This document shows, piece by piece, positions 8,705 to 18,218 of a stretch of 64,000 bases of DNA. Location of the stretch: contig OZ244226.1 in the NCBI GenBank assembly GCA_965217035.1, forward strand, positions 1,656,146 to 1,720,145. Direction: 5' to 3'. Every line of letters starts with the position of its first letter. Position 1 is the stretch's first letter. Under the pieces are notes generated by a model. The model saw only the letters and a program-made list of their open reading frames with translations, did no database searches and was not told the origin of the DNA. The DNA is from Bacteriovoracaceae bacterium. Lineage in GTDB: Bacteria; Bdellovibrionota; Bacteriovoracia; Bacteriovoracales; Bacteriovoracaceae. The position numbers and the translations under genes were made by a program.

Positions 8705-10201
8705 ATGCATCGAGTATTAGTGGTTGACGATGATAAGGTCCTCCAAAGTACCGTAAAAAATGCTCTGGAATATCACAACTTTCAAGTTGATGTTGCCGAT
8801 AACGGTAGAGAAGCTGTTAATTCAGTTTATCGTGAGCAATATGATCTCGTCGTAATGGACGTGAATATGCCAGAGATGACTGGGCTTGAAGCGCTTGTGG
8901 AGATGAAAAAGCATGACCCATCTTTGATCGTTCTTATCTTAACAGCGTACTCGAATGTTACTGATGCAGTTAAAGCAGTTAAGGAAGGAGCATTTAACTA
9001 CCTAGAAAAACCAATTACATCTGAAAATCTTGTTGCCCTTATTAAGCGAGCGCTCAAAGCACGATCACTCGTTGAAACAACTGCGTTCTCTGCTCCAACC
9101 TTGTCACTTGGAACAGACAGTGCAGATGATAAATTTGTTGGTGAATCTTCAGCAATGAAAAAGGTCTTCAATATTATTTCTAAGTTAGCTCAGGTAAGTA
9201 CTCCTGTTCTAATTCGAGGAGAGTCAGGGACGGGTAAAGAGCTTGTTGCAAAAGCAATTCATTATAATGGTCCAAGAAAAGACGAAAAGTTCGTCACTAT
9301 TAACTGTGGTGCGATACCTGAAAATTTAATTGAATCAGAGCTTTTCGGTCATGAGAAGGGAGCCTTTACAGGCGCAGACTCTAGAAAGATTGGTAAATTT
9401 CAATTCGCTGATGGAGGTACACTTTTCCTGGATGAGATTGGAGATATTTCTCCGGCAATGCAGGTTAAGCTCTTAAGAGTTCTACAGGAACAAAGTTTTT
9501 CTCCTGTTGGATCCAATAGAGAGGTGAAGGTTGATGTTCGTATTATTGCAGCTTCACACAAGTCTTTTGAAAATATGATCAAAGAAGGAACTTTTAGAGA
9601 GGATTTATTCTACAGGTTGAATGTTCTCCCTGTATATCTTCCACCGCTTAGAGAGAGAACATCAGATATTCCACATCTTTCGAATTATTATATTAACTAC
9701 TTTAACAATGTTCATGCTCTGAATATCAAAGGTTTTTCAGATGAAGCATTAGTGGTGCTTCAAAATTATGGTTGGCCAGGGAATATTCGAGAACTGAGAA
9801 ATGTTATTGAGCATTGTTTTATTATGGAATCACAAGATGAAATCTCTGTGACTTCTTTACCGACTTCGGTTCTTGCGGGAGGATCGAATACTCAGGAAAA
9901 TGAAGAAAGTAATAGTATTATTGATTTCCAAGGAATTCAAAACTCTGTTCTTGATGTATCACTAGGTGATACTGATCTCGGTGATTATACATTTCAATTT
10001 GCGACTAAAGGCGAAGGAGATCAAGTTAAGTTGGATTTCCAAGTTGCTAAGGAACAGTTTGAAAAAGAGTTTATTGTTCAGGCACTTAAGCTCAATAAGG
10101 GGAAGATTAATCAAACAGCTCTGAACGCCAATATTCCAAAAAAGACTTTACTTCGTAAAATTGAAAAGTATGAGCTCAATCCGAAAGAGTACTACCAGTG
10201 A
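8705..10201 (+). CDS. Sigma54-dependent response regulator (NtrC family)
   Basis: Receiver domain, GESGTGKE, GAFTGA, C-terminal Fis-type HTH. Confidence 0.95.
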   Translation: MHRVLVVDDDKVLQSTVKNALEYHNFQVDVADNGREAVNSVYREQYDLVVMDVNMPEMTGLEALVEMKKHDPSLIVLILTAYSNVTDAVKAVKEGAFNYLEKPITSENLVALIKRALKARSLVETTAFSAPTLSLGTDSADDKFVGESSAMKKVFNIISKLAQVSTPVLIRGESGTGKELVAKAIHYNGPRKDEKFVTINCGAIPENLIESELFGHEKGAFTGADSRKIGKFQFADGGTLFLDEIGDISPAMQVKLLRVLQEQSFSPVGSNREVKVDVRIIAASHKSFENMIKEGTFREDLFYRLNVLPVYLPPLRERTSDIPHLSNYYINYFNNVHALNIKGFSDEALVVLQNYGWPGNIRELRNVIEHCFIMESQDEISVTSLPTSVLAGGSNTQENEESNSIIDFQGIQNSVLDVSLGDTDLGDYTFQFATKGEGDQVKLDFQVAKEQFEKEFIVQALKLNKGKINQTALNANIPKKTLLRKIEKYELNPKEYYQ

Positions 10202-10689
10202 AAAGATTTTGGTGGTGTCTCGTTCTTATTGTCTTTTTGATTATTATTGATCAACTAACGAAAGGTTATGTTGATTCCAATTTTCGCCTTCATGAATCAG
10301 TCACTGTGATTGATGGATTCTTTAATTTAACCTATGTGAGAAATAAAGGGGCGGCTTGGGGGTTTGGGCGAATGTTTGATGATAACGTCCGACTTGTTAT
10401 TTTCAAGATTCTACCCGTTCTTGCCGTCGGTTTTCTGTTTTACTTACTTTATAAAAGTATAAAAGAGTCGATGCATATGACAATTTCCTATGCTTTGATT
10501 ATTGCAGGAGCCATTGGAAATCTTATTGATCGAATTATGCTCGACTTTGTTGTCGACTTTTTTGATTTTTATATTGGAACAAGTCATTGGCCAGCCTTCA
10601 ATATCGCCGATAGCTGTATTACGGTTGCAGCAATCATTATCGGTTACGATGCACTTTTCATTGCTCCGAAGAAAAAGAAAGCAAGTTAA
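10198..10689 (+). CDS. lspA: Lipoprotein signal peptidase II
   Basis: DQLTK, NKGAAWG, GAIGNLIDR, VVDF, FNIAD. Confidence 0.95.
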   Translation: MKRFWWCLVLIVFLIIIDQLTKGYVDSNFRLHESVTVIDGFFNLTYVRNKGAAWGFGRMFDDNVRLVIFKILPVLAVGFLFYLLYKSIKESMHMTISYALIIAGAIGNLIDRIMLDFVVDFFDFYIGTSHWPAFNIADSCITVAAIIIGYDALFIAPKKKKAS

Positions 10690-11385
10690 ATGTTTCCAAT
10701 AATTCTCGAAACAGAAAGTTTAACTCTTTATACTTATCCTGTTTTTTTTGCGCTTGCATGGGCAATGGCCTTGCAATACGTTTGGTATCAATTAAAAGAA
10801 AATCATAAAGACTTTATTCTTTTTAGTTTTATTAGTTTTATTGCTGCTTGGGCAGGGGCAAAACTTGTTTTCCTTTTATCGGTCCCAGCAACCTTAGTTG
10901 GAATCATAGGTCAGTTTAATTTTTGGACTGGTGGTGGCTTTGTTTTTTATGGTGGCATGATCGCTGCGCTTTTAACAACTCTTGTTTGGAGGTTAGTTCG
11001 AAGTTCACCTTTTAATATGAATCTTATTATTCCTGGTATTTGCTTAGGGCACGGTATAGGCCGTATTGGTTGCTTTCTAACTGGTTGTTGTTTTGGTCAC
11101 TCAATGAACTCCGGGGGTTATTTTCCTGTTGCACTCGTTGAGAGTTTAATTTTGTTTTCGCTTTTCATTTATTTCCATAAAAGAAAAGAAAAGAACTTTT
11201 ACGAGCTTCTTAAAAATTATCTTATTGCTTATGCCTGCATCCGTTTTGCGCTGGAGTATTTTCGTGCTGATGAGATAAGAGGTGTCTATGGCATCTTTAG
11301 TACGTCTCAATGGATTTCGTTGAGCATTGTTGTTATTTCTCCTGTTGTAAATTTATTTTATTTCCTTAAAACCCCCTCTAGATGA
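10690..11385 (+). CDS. lgt: Prolipoprotein diacylglyceryl transferase family protein
   Basis: GGFVFYGG, GRIGCFLTGCCFG, RFALEYFR. Confidence 0.85.
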   Translation: MFPIILETESLTLYTYPVFFALAWAMALQYVWYQLKENHKDFILFSFISFIAAWAGAKLVFLLSVPATLVGIIGQFNFWTGGGFVFYGGMIAALLTTLVWRLVRSSPFNMNLIIPGICLGHGIGRIGCFLTGCCFGHSMNSGGYFPVALVESLILFSLFIYFHKRKEKNFYELLKNYLIAYACIRFALEYFRADEIRGVYGIFSTSQWISLSIVVISPVVNLFYFLKTPSR

Positions 11386-11495
11386 CAGTATATTTAAGTT
11401 CAATACCTGAGGCCTTCGGTCTAGTATCTTGACCCTGGATAACGGATTTTCTCATAACCGTGGATGGTTATCTAAATTAAAAAGATGGAGGTTTT

Positions 11496-12863
11496 ATGTC
11501 TTGGAGGACAATCTTTTTTTCACTTTCTCTCTCACTGGTAGTTAACGCGAATGCTGCGCCCAAATATAAAAAAGGGCAGTTAATTATTCGCTTAAAAAAA
11601 TCAACTCCAGCAAAATTTATGGCAAACTTTGCAAGCAAGAAAAAAACACTTTCAAAGAGTTTAAATCTTCATATTGTAAAACTTAAGCCTACGCTTGCTT
11701 CAAGTAATGTTCTCAAGAGATTGAGAAAAAGTAAGCACGTTCTTTATGCTCAAAGAGATCACTATGTTTCAAAAAGAGTAGTAGCTAAAGCTCCAAATGA
11801 TGATCTTTTCAATAAGCAATGGGGGCTAAATAACAATTATAATAACGCTTCTGACATCAATGCGATGCAAGCATGGAGTCTCGTTTTTAAAAACCCAGTT
11901 CGTCTTGCTGATAATATGAAGCCAGTTATTGCTATTGTTGATGGTGGTGTTGATCCAAAACATGAAGATCTTAAAGATAATATGTGGAAAAACTCAGATG
12001 AAATTCCTGGAAACAATATCGATGATGATGGAAATGGTTATGTTGATGATATTTATGGTTGGAATGCTGGTGATAATAATGGAAAAATCTGGGCCGGTAA
12101 TCATGGTACACACGTAGGTGGAATTGCTGGAGCTCGAGGTGGAAATAAAGTTGGTGTTTCAGGTGTAAACCCAAGAGCTAAAATAATGACAATTATTTAT
12201 GATGGTCCATCGGGAAGCTTAACGTCGAGAGTTTTAGCTTCTTATAGCTATGCTTATGAGATGAAAAAGCTTTGGCTTGAAACGAAAGGAAAGAAAGGGG
12301 CTAATGTTGTAGCGACCAATTCTTCTTTCGGTGTTGATCGTGGTCAATGTGATTCTGCTGAGTATGCAGCTTGGAATGATATTTATAACAAGATGGGCTC
12401 AGTTGGGATACTTTCTGTAGCAGCAACAGCAAATGCTAACTGGAATATTGATGAAGTTGGTGATGTTCCAACAGGTTGTAGCAGTGATTATGTTTTTTCT
12501 GTTACGAACTCTACTGATCAAGCGGATAGAAGTCCGTATGCAGGTTATGGAAAAACAACGATTGATATCGCTGCTCCTGGAACTAACATCCTTGCAACAT
12601 TACCAAATAATGCTTATGAAGAGCTTACAGGGACATCAATGTCGACTCCTCACGTAACAGGTGCAATCAGTCTTATGCACTTGATCAATAAAAAGACAGT
12701 AAGAGTTGCATCGAGAAAAGATCCTAAAAAGTTCGCTCTTTATGTTAAGAAAACTCTAATGCAGACGGTTCGTCAGAATGGTAACTTTAAAGGAAAGACT
12801 GTCTCTGGCGGTATTCTAGATATTGAAGCTGCTGCTAAAAAAATTATCTCTGATATGAATTAA
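11496..12863 (+). CDS. Secreted S8 subtilisin-like serine protease, copy 1
   Basis: Signal peptide; triad IVDGG / HGTHVGG / GTSMSTPHV; DDDGNGYVDD calcium loop. Confidence 0.95.
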   Translation: MSWRTIFFSLSLSLVVNANAAPKYKKGQLIIRLKKSTPAKFMANFASKKKTLSKSLNLHIVKLKPTLASSNVLKRLRKSKHVLYAQRDHYVSKRVVAKAPNDDLFNKQWGLNNNYNNASDINAMQAWSLVFKNPVRLADNMKPVIAIVDGGVDPKHEDLKDNMWKNSDEIPGNNIDDDGNGYVDDIYGWNAGDNNGKIWAGNHGTHVGGIAGARGGNKVGVSGVNPRAKIMTIIYDGPSGSLTSRVLASYSYAYEMKKLWLETKGKKGANVVATNSSFGVDRGQCDSAEYAAWNDIYNKMGSVGILSVAATANANWNIDEVGDVPTGCSSDYVFSVTNSTDQADRSPYAGYGKTTIDIAAPGTNILATLPNNAYEELTGTSMSTPHVTGAISLMHLINKKTVRVASRKDPKKFALYVKKTLMQTVRQNGNFKGKTVSGGILDIEAAAKKIISDMN

Positions 12864-12890
12864 TTATTTCTTTTGAAATAAATTAAATAA

Positions 12891-12918
12891 ACAAAGCCTC
12901 TCGAATGAGAGGTTTTGT
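12891..12918 (+). terminator. Intrinsic terminator, subtilase copy 1
   Basis: AAAGCCTCTC-gaat-GAGAGGTTTT. Confidence 0.75.
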
Positions 12919-13094
12919 TGTATCTAGGACCCATTTTAAACGTCAACGCACCTTGTTTTTAATATAAACTTACATTTCGGCTCAATCTCTGTACTCAATA
13001 AAATTTCTTCTCTATTGTCCCTTCAGAAAATTTATTTACTTTTACTAAATAAAAACAAAATAATTATGAAGCACTGCTTTATGGTGGGGGTTTT

Positions 13095-14459
13095 ATGTCT
13101 TTAAAGGCAATCTTTTTTTCGATTTCACTTTTATTCGTTTTTAGCGCAAACGCGGCTCCAAAATATAAAAAGGGTCAGATCATTGTTCGTTTGAAGAAAA
13201 CAACGCCAGCAAAATTTATGGCAAACTTTGCAAGCAAGAAAAAAACACTTTCAAAGAGTTTAAATCTTCATATTGTAAAACTTAAGCCTACGCTTGCTTC
13301 AAGTAATGTTCTCAAGAGATTGAGAAAAAGTAAGCACGTTCTTTATGCTCAAAGAGATCATTATATTTCTCAAAGAGCTATTAAGGCTCCAAATGACGAG
13401 TTTTTTAATAAGCAATGGGGGCTGAATAACGATTTTAATAATAACTCGGATATCAAAGCAGCTCAGGCTTGGGATCTTGTATTTAAGAATCCATCTAAGC
13501 TTTCAGACAATATGAAGCCTGTTATTGCCATTGTTGATGGTGGTGTTGATCCAAAACATGAAGATCTTAAAGGTAATATGTGGACCAATAAAAATGAAAT
13601 TCCTGGAAACAATATCGATGATGATGGAAATGGTTATGTTGATGATATTTATGGTTGGAATGCTGGTAGCAATAATGGAAAGATTTTAGCCGATGTTCAT
13701 GGTACGCATGTAGGTGGAATTGCTGGAGCTCGAGGTGGAAATAAAGTTGGTGTTTCAGGTGTAAACCCAAGAGCTAAAATAATGACAATTATTTATAAAG
13801 GCCCATTGGGGAGCTTAACGTCGAGAGCGTTAGCTTCTTATAGCTATGCTTATGAGATGAAAAAGCTTTGGCTTGAAACTAAAGGAAAGAAAGGGGCTAA
13901 TATTGTAGCAACCAATTCTTCTTTCGGTATTGATCATGGTCAATGTGATTCTCCGGAGTATGCAGCTTGGAATGATATTTATAACAAGATGGGTTCAGTT
14001 GGGATACTTTCTGTAGCAGCAACGGCAAACAGGAATTGGAATATTGATGAAGTTGGTGATGTTCCAACAGGTTGTAGCAGTGATTATGTTCTTTCTGTTA
14101 CGAACTCTAATGATCAAGCGGATCGAAGAATATATGCTGGCTATGGAAAAACGACAATTGACATTGCCGCTCCTGGAAAAAATGTTTTCTCAACTGTACC
14201 TGGTAATGATTACGGAGAGCTTACAGGGACATCAATGTCGACTCCTCACGTAACAGGTGCAATCAGTCTTATGCACTTGATCAATAAAAAGACAGTAAGA
14301 GTTGCATCGAGAAAAGATCCTAAAAAATTCGCTCTTTATGTTAAGAAAACTCTAATGCAGACAGTTCGTCGGAATGGTAACTTTAAAGAAGAGACTGTCT
14401 CTGGCGGTATTCTGGATGTTGAAGCTGCTGCTAAAAAAATTATCTCTGATATGAATTAA
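13095..14459 (+). CDS. Secreted S8 subtilisin-like serine protease, copy 2 (tandem paralog)
   Basis: Same triad; long DNA stretches identical to copy 1. Confidence 0.95.
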   Translation: MSLKAIFFSISLLFVFSANAAPKYKKGQIIVRLKKTTPAKFMANFASKKKTLSKSLNLHIVKLKPTLASSNVLKRLRKSKHVLYAQRDHYISQRAIKAPNDEFFNKQWGLNNDFNNNSDIKAAQAWDLVFKNPSKLSDNMKPVIAIVDGGVDPKHEDLKGNMWTNKNEIPGNNIDDDGNGYVDDIYGWNAGSNNGKILADVHGTHVGGIAGARGGNKVGVSGVNPRAKIMTIIYKGPLGSLTSRALASYSYAYEMKKLWLETKGKKGANIVATNSSFGIDHGQCDSPEYAAWNDIYNKMGSVGILSVAATANRNWNIDEVGDVPTGCSSDYVLSVTNSNDQADRRIYAGYGKTTIDIAAPGKNVFSTVPGNDYGELTGTSMSTPHVTGAISLMHLINKKTVRVASRKDPKKFALYVKKTLMQTVRRNGNFKEETVSGGILDVEAAAKKIISDMN

Positions 14460-14488
14460 TTATTTCTTTTGAAATAAATTAAATAAAC

Positions 14489-14515
14489 AAAGCCTCTCGC
14501 ATGAGAGGTTTTTTT
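14489..14515 (+). terminator. Intrinsic terminator, subtilase copy 2
   Basis: AAAGCCTCTC-gcat-GAGAGG-T7. Confidence 0.8.
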
Positions 14516-14537
14516 GTATCTAAAATTTCATTAAAAA

Positions 14538-14960
14538 CTAAGCAGGTTCTTCTGAGGTTTCTTTTTCAGTTTCAGGTTCTTCGAAAAGTGAAGGATCAGC
14601 GTCTTTGAGTTCATCAGCAGAAACGTAAAGCTCTGATTTAAGAGTTTCATTGCCCCAGGCAACAAAAGCATCATCATGCTCGTACATTGTGATAGTTTCC
14701 CAAGGGCAATCCTGTGAGCAGTTTTGGCATCCAATACAACGAGAGAGATCGATTTCAACTGTTTGTTGGAAGCCGGGATTCTTTGGATCTGGTCCACCAA
14801 CTAGTTCAATGGAGTCGACAGGACATCCAGCAATACATACTTCGCAGCCAGTGCAGCCACTCTGATGCACAACGGCAAGAAGCTTGGGAGGTCTTTTTCC
14901 CTTTCTAACCGGCTTGAACCGTGCTGCGTGGAATGGATTTTCTACTTTGATTTCACTCAT
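14538..14960 (-). CDS. 4Fe-4S dicluster protein with acidic tail
   Basis: CTGCEVCIAGCP and CIGCQNCSQDCP. Confidence 0.9.
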   Translation of the reverse strand: MSEIKVENPFHAARFKPVRKGKRPPKLLAVVHQSGCTGCEVCIAGCPVDSIELVGGPDPKNPGFQQTVEIDLSRCIGCQNCSQDCPWETITMYEHDDAFVAWGNETLKSELYVSADELKDADPSLFEEPETEKETSEEPA

Positions 14961-15047
14961 AGTTTGTTTATCACCAATATTTCAAACTTTAACAATTATA
15001 CACTATATTTAAGGCACAATAAATTGAAAATAGCGATGGTTTAGTGC

Positions 15048-18000
15048 ATGTCGACCAATAACAAACTTAGATTCGTAACAGCGGCCAGCCTTTTTGATGG
15101 GCACGATGTCTCTATCAACATAATGAGACGAATTCTTCAAGCCAATGGAGTGGAGGTTATCCACCTTGGGCACAATAGAAGTGCTCGGGAGGTGGTAGAT
15201 GCTGCTCTATCAGAGGATGCTCATGCAGTTGCCTTAAGCTCTTATCAGGGCGGTCATATGGAGTATTTCACTTATATTCGTGAATTACTGGATAAGGCAG
15301 GAGCTCAGAATATTCGTCTTTTTGGCGGTGGAGGGGGAGTTATTACCCCCAAAGAGATTGAGGAGCTTCACTCCAAGGGCATTACGAAGATCTATTCTCC
15401 TAAAGATGGTATGGAATTAGGACTTGATGGAATCATTAAAGATATGATTCAAAAGTCTGATTATTCAACTTTAGAATCGGTAGATTTTAGGAGCTTTAAA
15501 AGTGGTGAACTCTCAGTTCGTGAGTTGGCCCAGGTAATCTCTGCGATTGAAAATACTGCGGAAATTCCCGTGACTGGAAAAACAAAGGAAACACCAGTTT
15601 TGGGAATTACAGGAACAGGGGGAGCTGGAAAGTCTTCCTTGATTGATGAGCTTCTTTTGAGATTTCACAGGAACTATCCAGAAAAGAAAATCGCACTTGT
15701 CAGTGTTGACCCTACAAAGAAGAAAACTCAAGGAGCACTTCTTGGAGATAGAATTAGGCTCGGTTCAGCAGTCTACCCAAATATCTATATTCGATCACTT
15801 GCAACCAGAGATTCTAAAACAGAACTAAGTCCACAAATAAAAAAAGTTACTGAATTTTTAAAAACTCAGAGCTTTGATTTTATTATTGTCGAAACTTCTG
15901 GAATTGGTCAGGCCAGCGATGAAATTACTCAAGTGGCTGATAAGTCACTTTATGTTATGACTCCTGAATTTGGAGCTCAAACTCAATTAGAAAAGATTGA
16001 AATGTTGGATGCTGCTAATTTTGTCGTAGTTAATAAATTTGAAAAGCCTCGAGGAAGAGATGCTCTTCGAGATGTTCGAAAACAATATCGAAGAAATCAT
16101 GAACTTTTTCATGAACCAAGTGATAAAGATCTTCCTATTTATGGAACGATGGCATCAAAGTTTAATGATATGGGCGTTAATGCACTTTTTTATGATCTTG
16201 TTTCTGATTTTAAATTTGAGAAAAATGAGAAAGTTGAAAACCTAAAACGAGTTAAAGAACCTGAAATTATCGAAACAGTTATTCCTGTGGGAAGAGTCAA
16301 TTATTTGAGAGAGATTTCAGAAACTTGTAAGAGCTATAATGAGCAAACGAAAAAACTTGTAAACTTTCTTAGGGAATATGAAGTTTTAAAGGCAAGTTCA
16401 AGTCTTCATGTCATTAAAGACGTTAATGTTAAAGATGCTTTGATCAAAGAATATCAAGAAATTGAAAAAAGCATTCCTTCACATGTTTTTGATGAACTGA
16501 AAGAATACGATAAGGCAATTGAGCAATATGAGAAAGGAGAGTTTTCTTATACTGTTAGAGGTAAAGAGATTAAGGTTCCTACTAAATATGAAAGTCTTTC
16601 TCACTCAATGATTTCTAGAGTTGGCTTTCCGCGGCTCCACTATTTTTCAGAGAAATATCAATTTATGAGAAATGGAAACCTTCCAGGTTTTTTTCCATAT
16701 AGTTCGGGAATTTTTCCTTTTAAAAGAAAAGATGAAGAACCAAAAAGAATGTTTGCAGGAGAAGGAGGACCAGGGAGAACGAATAAGAGGTTCCATTATC
16801 TTTCAGAAGGGGAACCTTCTAAGCGTCTTTCAACAGCTTTTGATTCTGTAACTCTTTATGGAGAAGACCCTGATTATCGACCAGATATCTATGGAAAGGT
16901 TGGTGAATCTGGAGTTAGTATTGCCACGTTGAAAGACATGGAAGATCTTTATGCTGGTTTTGATTTGATCAGCCCATCAACTTCGGTTTCCAAGACTATT
17001 AATGGCCCAGCTCCAATAATCTTAGCAATGTTTATGAATACGGCCATGAACCAAAATCTGAAAGGTAATGACCGTGAAAATAGTGAAAAGCAAGTAGAAA
17101 TTATGCGACAGGTTCGAGGAACCGTTCAGGCTGATATTTTAAAAGAGGACCAGGCCCAAAATACATGTATTTTCTCTCTTGAATTTGCGCTTAAAATGAT
17201 GGGAGATATCCAGGAGTTTTTTAGCAATAATAAAATTAGAAACTATTATACTGTTTCTATTAGTGGTTATCATATTGCAGAAGCTGGTGCTAATCCTATT
17301 ACTCAACTTGCATTAACTCTTTCAAATGGATTTACTTTTGTTGAGTATTATCTCAGTCGTGGACTCGATATAAACGATTTTAGTGAGAATCTGTCTTTCT
17401 TCTTTAGTAATGGTTTAGATCCTGAGTATACGGTGATGGGACGAGTCGCTCGAAAAATTTGGGCCGTGACCCTAAGAGATAAGTACGGAGCTAATCCAAA
17501 GGCACAGAAGTTGAAATATCACATTCAAACTTCTGGTCGAAGCCTTCATGCCCAAGAAATAGATTTTAATGATATCAGAACAACTCTTCAGGCTTTTCTA
17601 GCTTTATCAGATAATTGTAACTCATTACATACAAATGCCTATGACGAAGCAATTACAACACCGACAGAAGAATCTGTTCGACGAGCCATGGCTATTCAAA
17701 TGATTATTAATAGAGAATTCGGAATGAATAAAACCGATAACCCTGTTCAGGGTTCTTATATTGTTGAAGAGCTTTGTGAAATCGTAGAAGAAGCCGTCCT
17801 TAAGCAGTTTGAGGAAATTTCTGATCGTGGTGGAGTCATGGGTGCAATGGAGAGTATGTACCAACGTGGAAAAATTCAAGAGGAATCACTTTATTATGAA
17901 CGTCTTAAGGATACCGGAGAGCTTCCTATTATTGGGGTGAATACTTATATCGCTGAAAATATTGACGAGCAAATGTCGCAAGAGATTGAATTAACTCGAG

Positions 18001-18218
18001 CGAGTAAAGAAGAAAAAGAGGATCAAATCAATCGGCTCAAAGAGTTTCAAAAAGCTCACGAAGGAAAATCAGGAGAGGCGCTTGAAAGGCTTGAAGCTGT
18101 TGCTCTTTCGAATGGAAATATATTTGAAGAACTTTTAACAACAGTCCGTTATTGTTCTTTGGGACAAATCACAAAGGTTCTTTATAAAGTTGGTGGAAGT
18201 TACAGACGTAATATGTGA
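15048..18218 (+). CDS. icmF: Fused isobutyryl-CoA mutase (B12-binding, MeaB-like GTPase and mutase domains)
   Basis: ASLFDGHD, GTGGAGKSS, VNKFE, RMFAGEG (Phe specificity residue), VRGTVQADILKEDQ, YHIQTSGRSLHAQE. Confidence 0.95.
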   Translation: MSTNNKLRFVTAASLFDGHDVSINIMRRILQANGVEVIHLGHNRSAREVVDAALSEDAHAVALSSYQGGHMEYFTYIRELLDKAGAQNIRLFGGGGGVITPKEIEELHSKGITKIYSPKDGMELGLDGIIKDMIQKSDYSTLESVDFRSFKSGELSVRELAQVISAIENTAEIPVTGKTKETPVLGITGTGGAGKSSLIDELLLRFHRNYPEKKIALVSVDPTKKKTQGALLGDRIRLGSAVYPNIYIRSLATRDSKTELSPQIKKVTEFLKTQSFDFIIVETSGIGQASDEITQVADKSLYVMTPEFGAQTQLEKIEMLDAANFVVVNKFEKPRGRDALRDVRKQYRRNHELFHEPSDKDLPIYGTMASKFNDMGVNALFYDLVSDFKFEKNEKVENLKRVKEPEIIETVIPVGRVNYLREISETCKSYNEQTKKLVNFLREYEVLKASSSLHVIKDVNVKDALIKEYQEIEKSIPSHVFDELKEYDKAIEQYEKGEFSYTVRGKEIKVPTKYESLSHSMISRVGFPRLHYFSEKYQFMRNGNLPGFFPYSSGIFPFKRKDEEPKRMFAGEGGPGRTNKRFHYLSEGEPSKRLSTAFDSVTLYGEDPDYRPDIYGKVGESGVSIATLKDMEDLYAGFDLISPSTSVSKTINGPAPIILAMFMNTAMNQNLKGNDRENSEKQVEIMRQVRGTVQADILKEDQAQNTCIFSLEFALKMMGDIQEFFSNNKIRNYYTVSISGYHIAEAGANPITQLALTLSNGFTFVEYYLSRGLDINDFSENLSFFFSNGLDPEYTVMGRVARKIWAVTLRDKYGANPKAQKLKYHIQTSGRSLHAQEIDFNDIRTTLQAFLALSDNCNSLHTNAYDEAITTPTEESVRRAMAIQMIINREFGMNKTDNPVQGSYIVEELCEIVEEAVLKQFEEISDRGGVMGAMESMYQRGKIQEESLYYERLKDTGELPIIGVNTYIAENIDEQMSQEIELTRASKEEKEDQINRLKEFQKAHEGKSGEALERLEAVALSNGNIFEELLTTVRYCSLGQITKVLYKVGGSYRRNM

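Larger units (their letters stand above)
11486..14522 (+). repeat. Direct tandem duplication of a ~1.44-kb unit (RBS, gene, 3' UTR, terminator)
   Basis: About 11486-12925 versus 13085-14522; identical taattatttcttttgaaataaattaaataaacaaagcctctc tail. Confidence 0.9.

Noticed and set aside
11496..14459. Diversity-generating retroelement TR/VR pair
   Set aside because: Both copies are full genes, differences are not adenine-specific, and no reverse transcriptase is in the window
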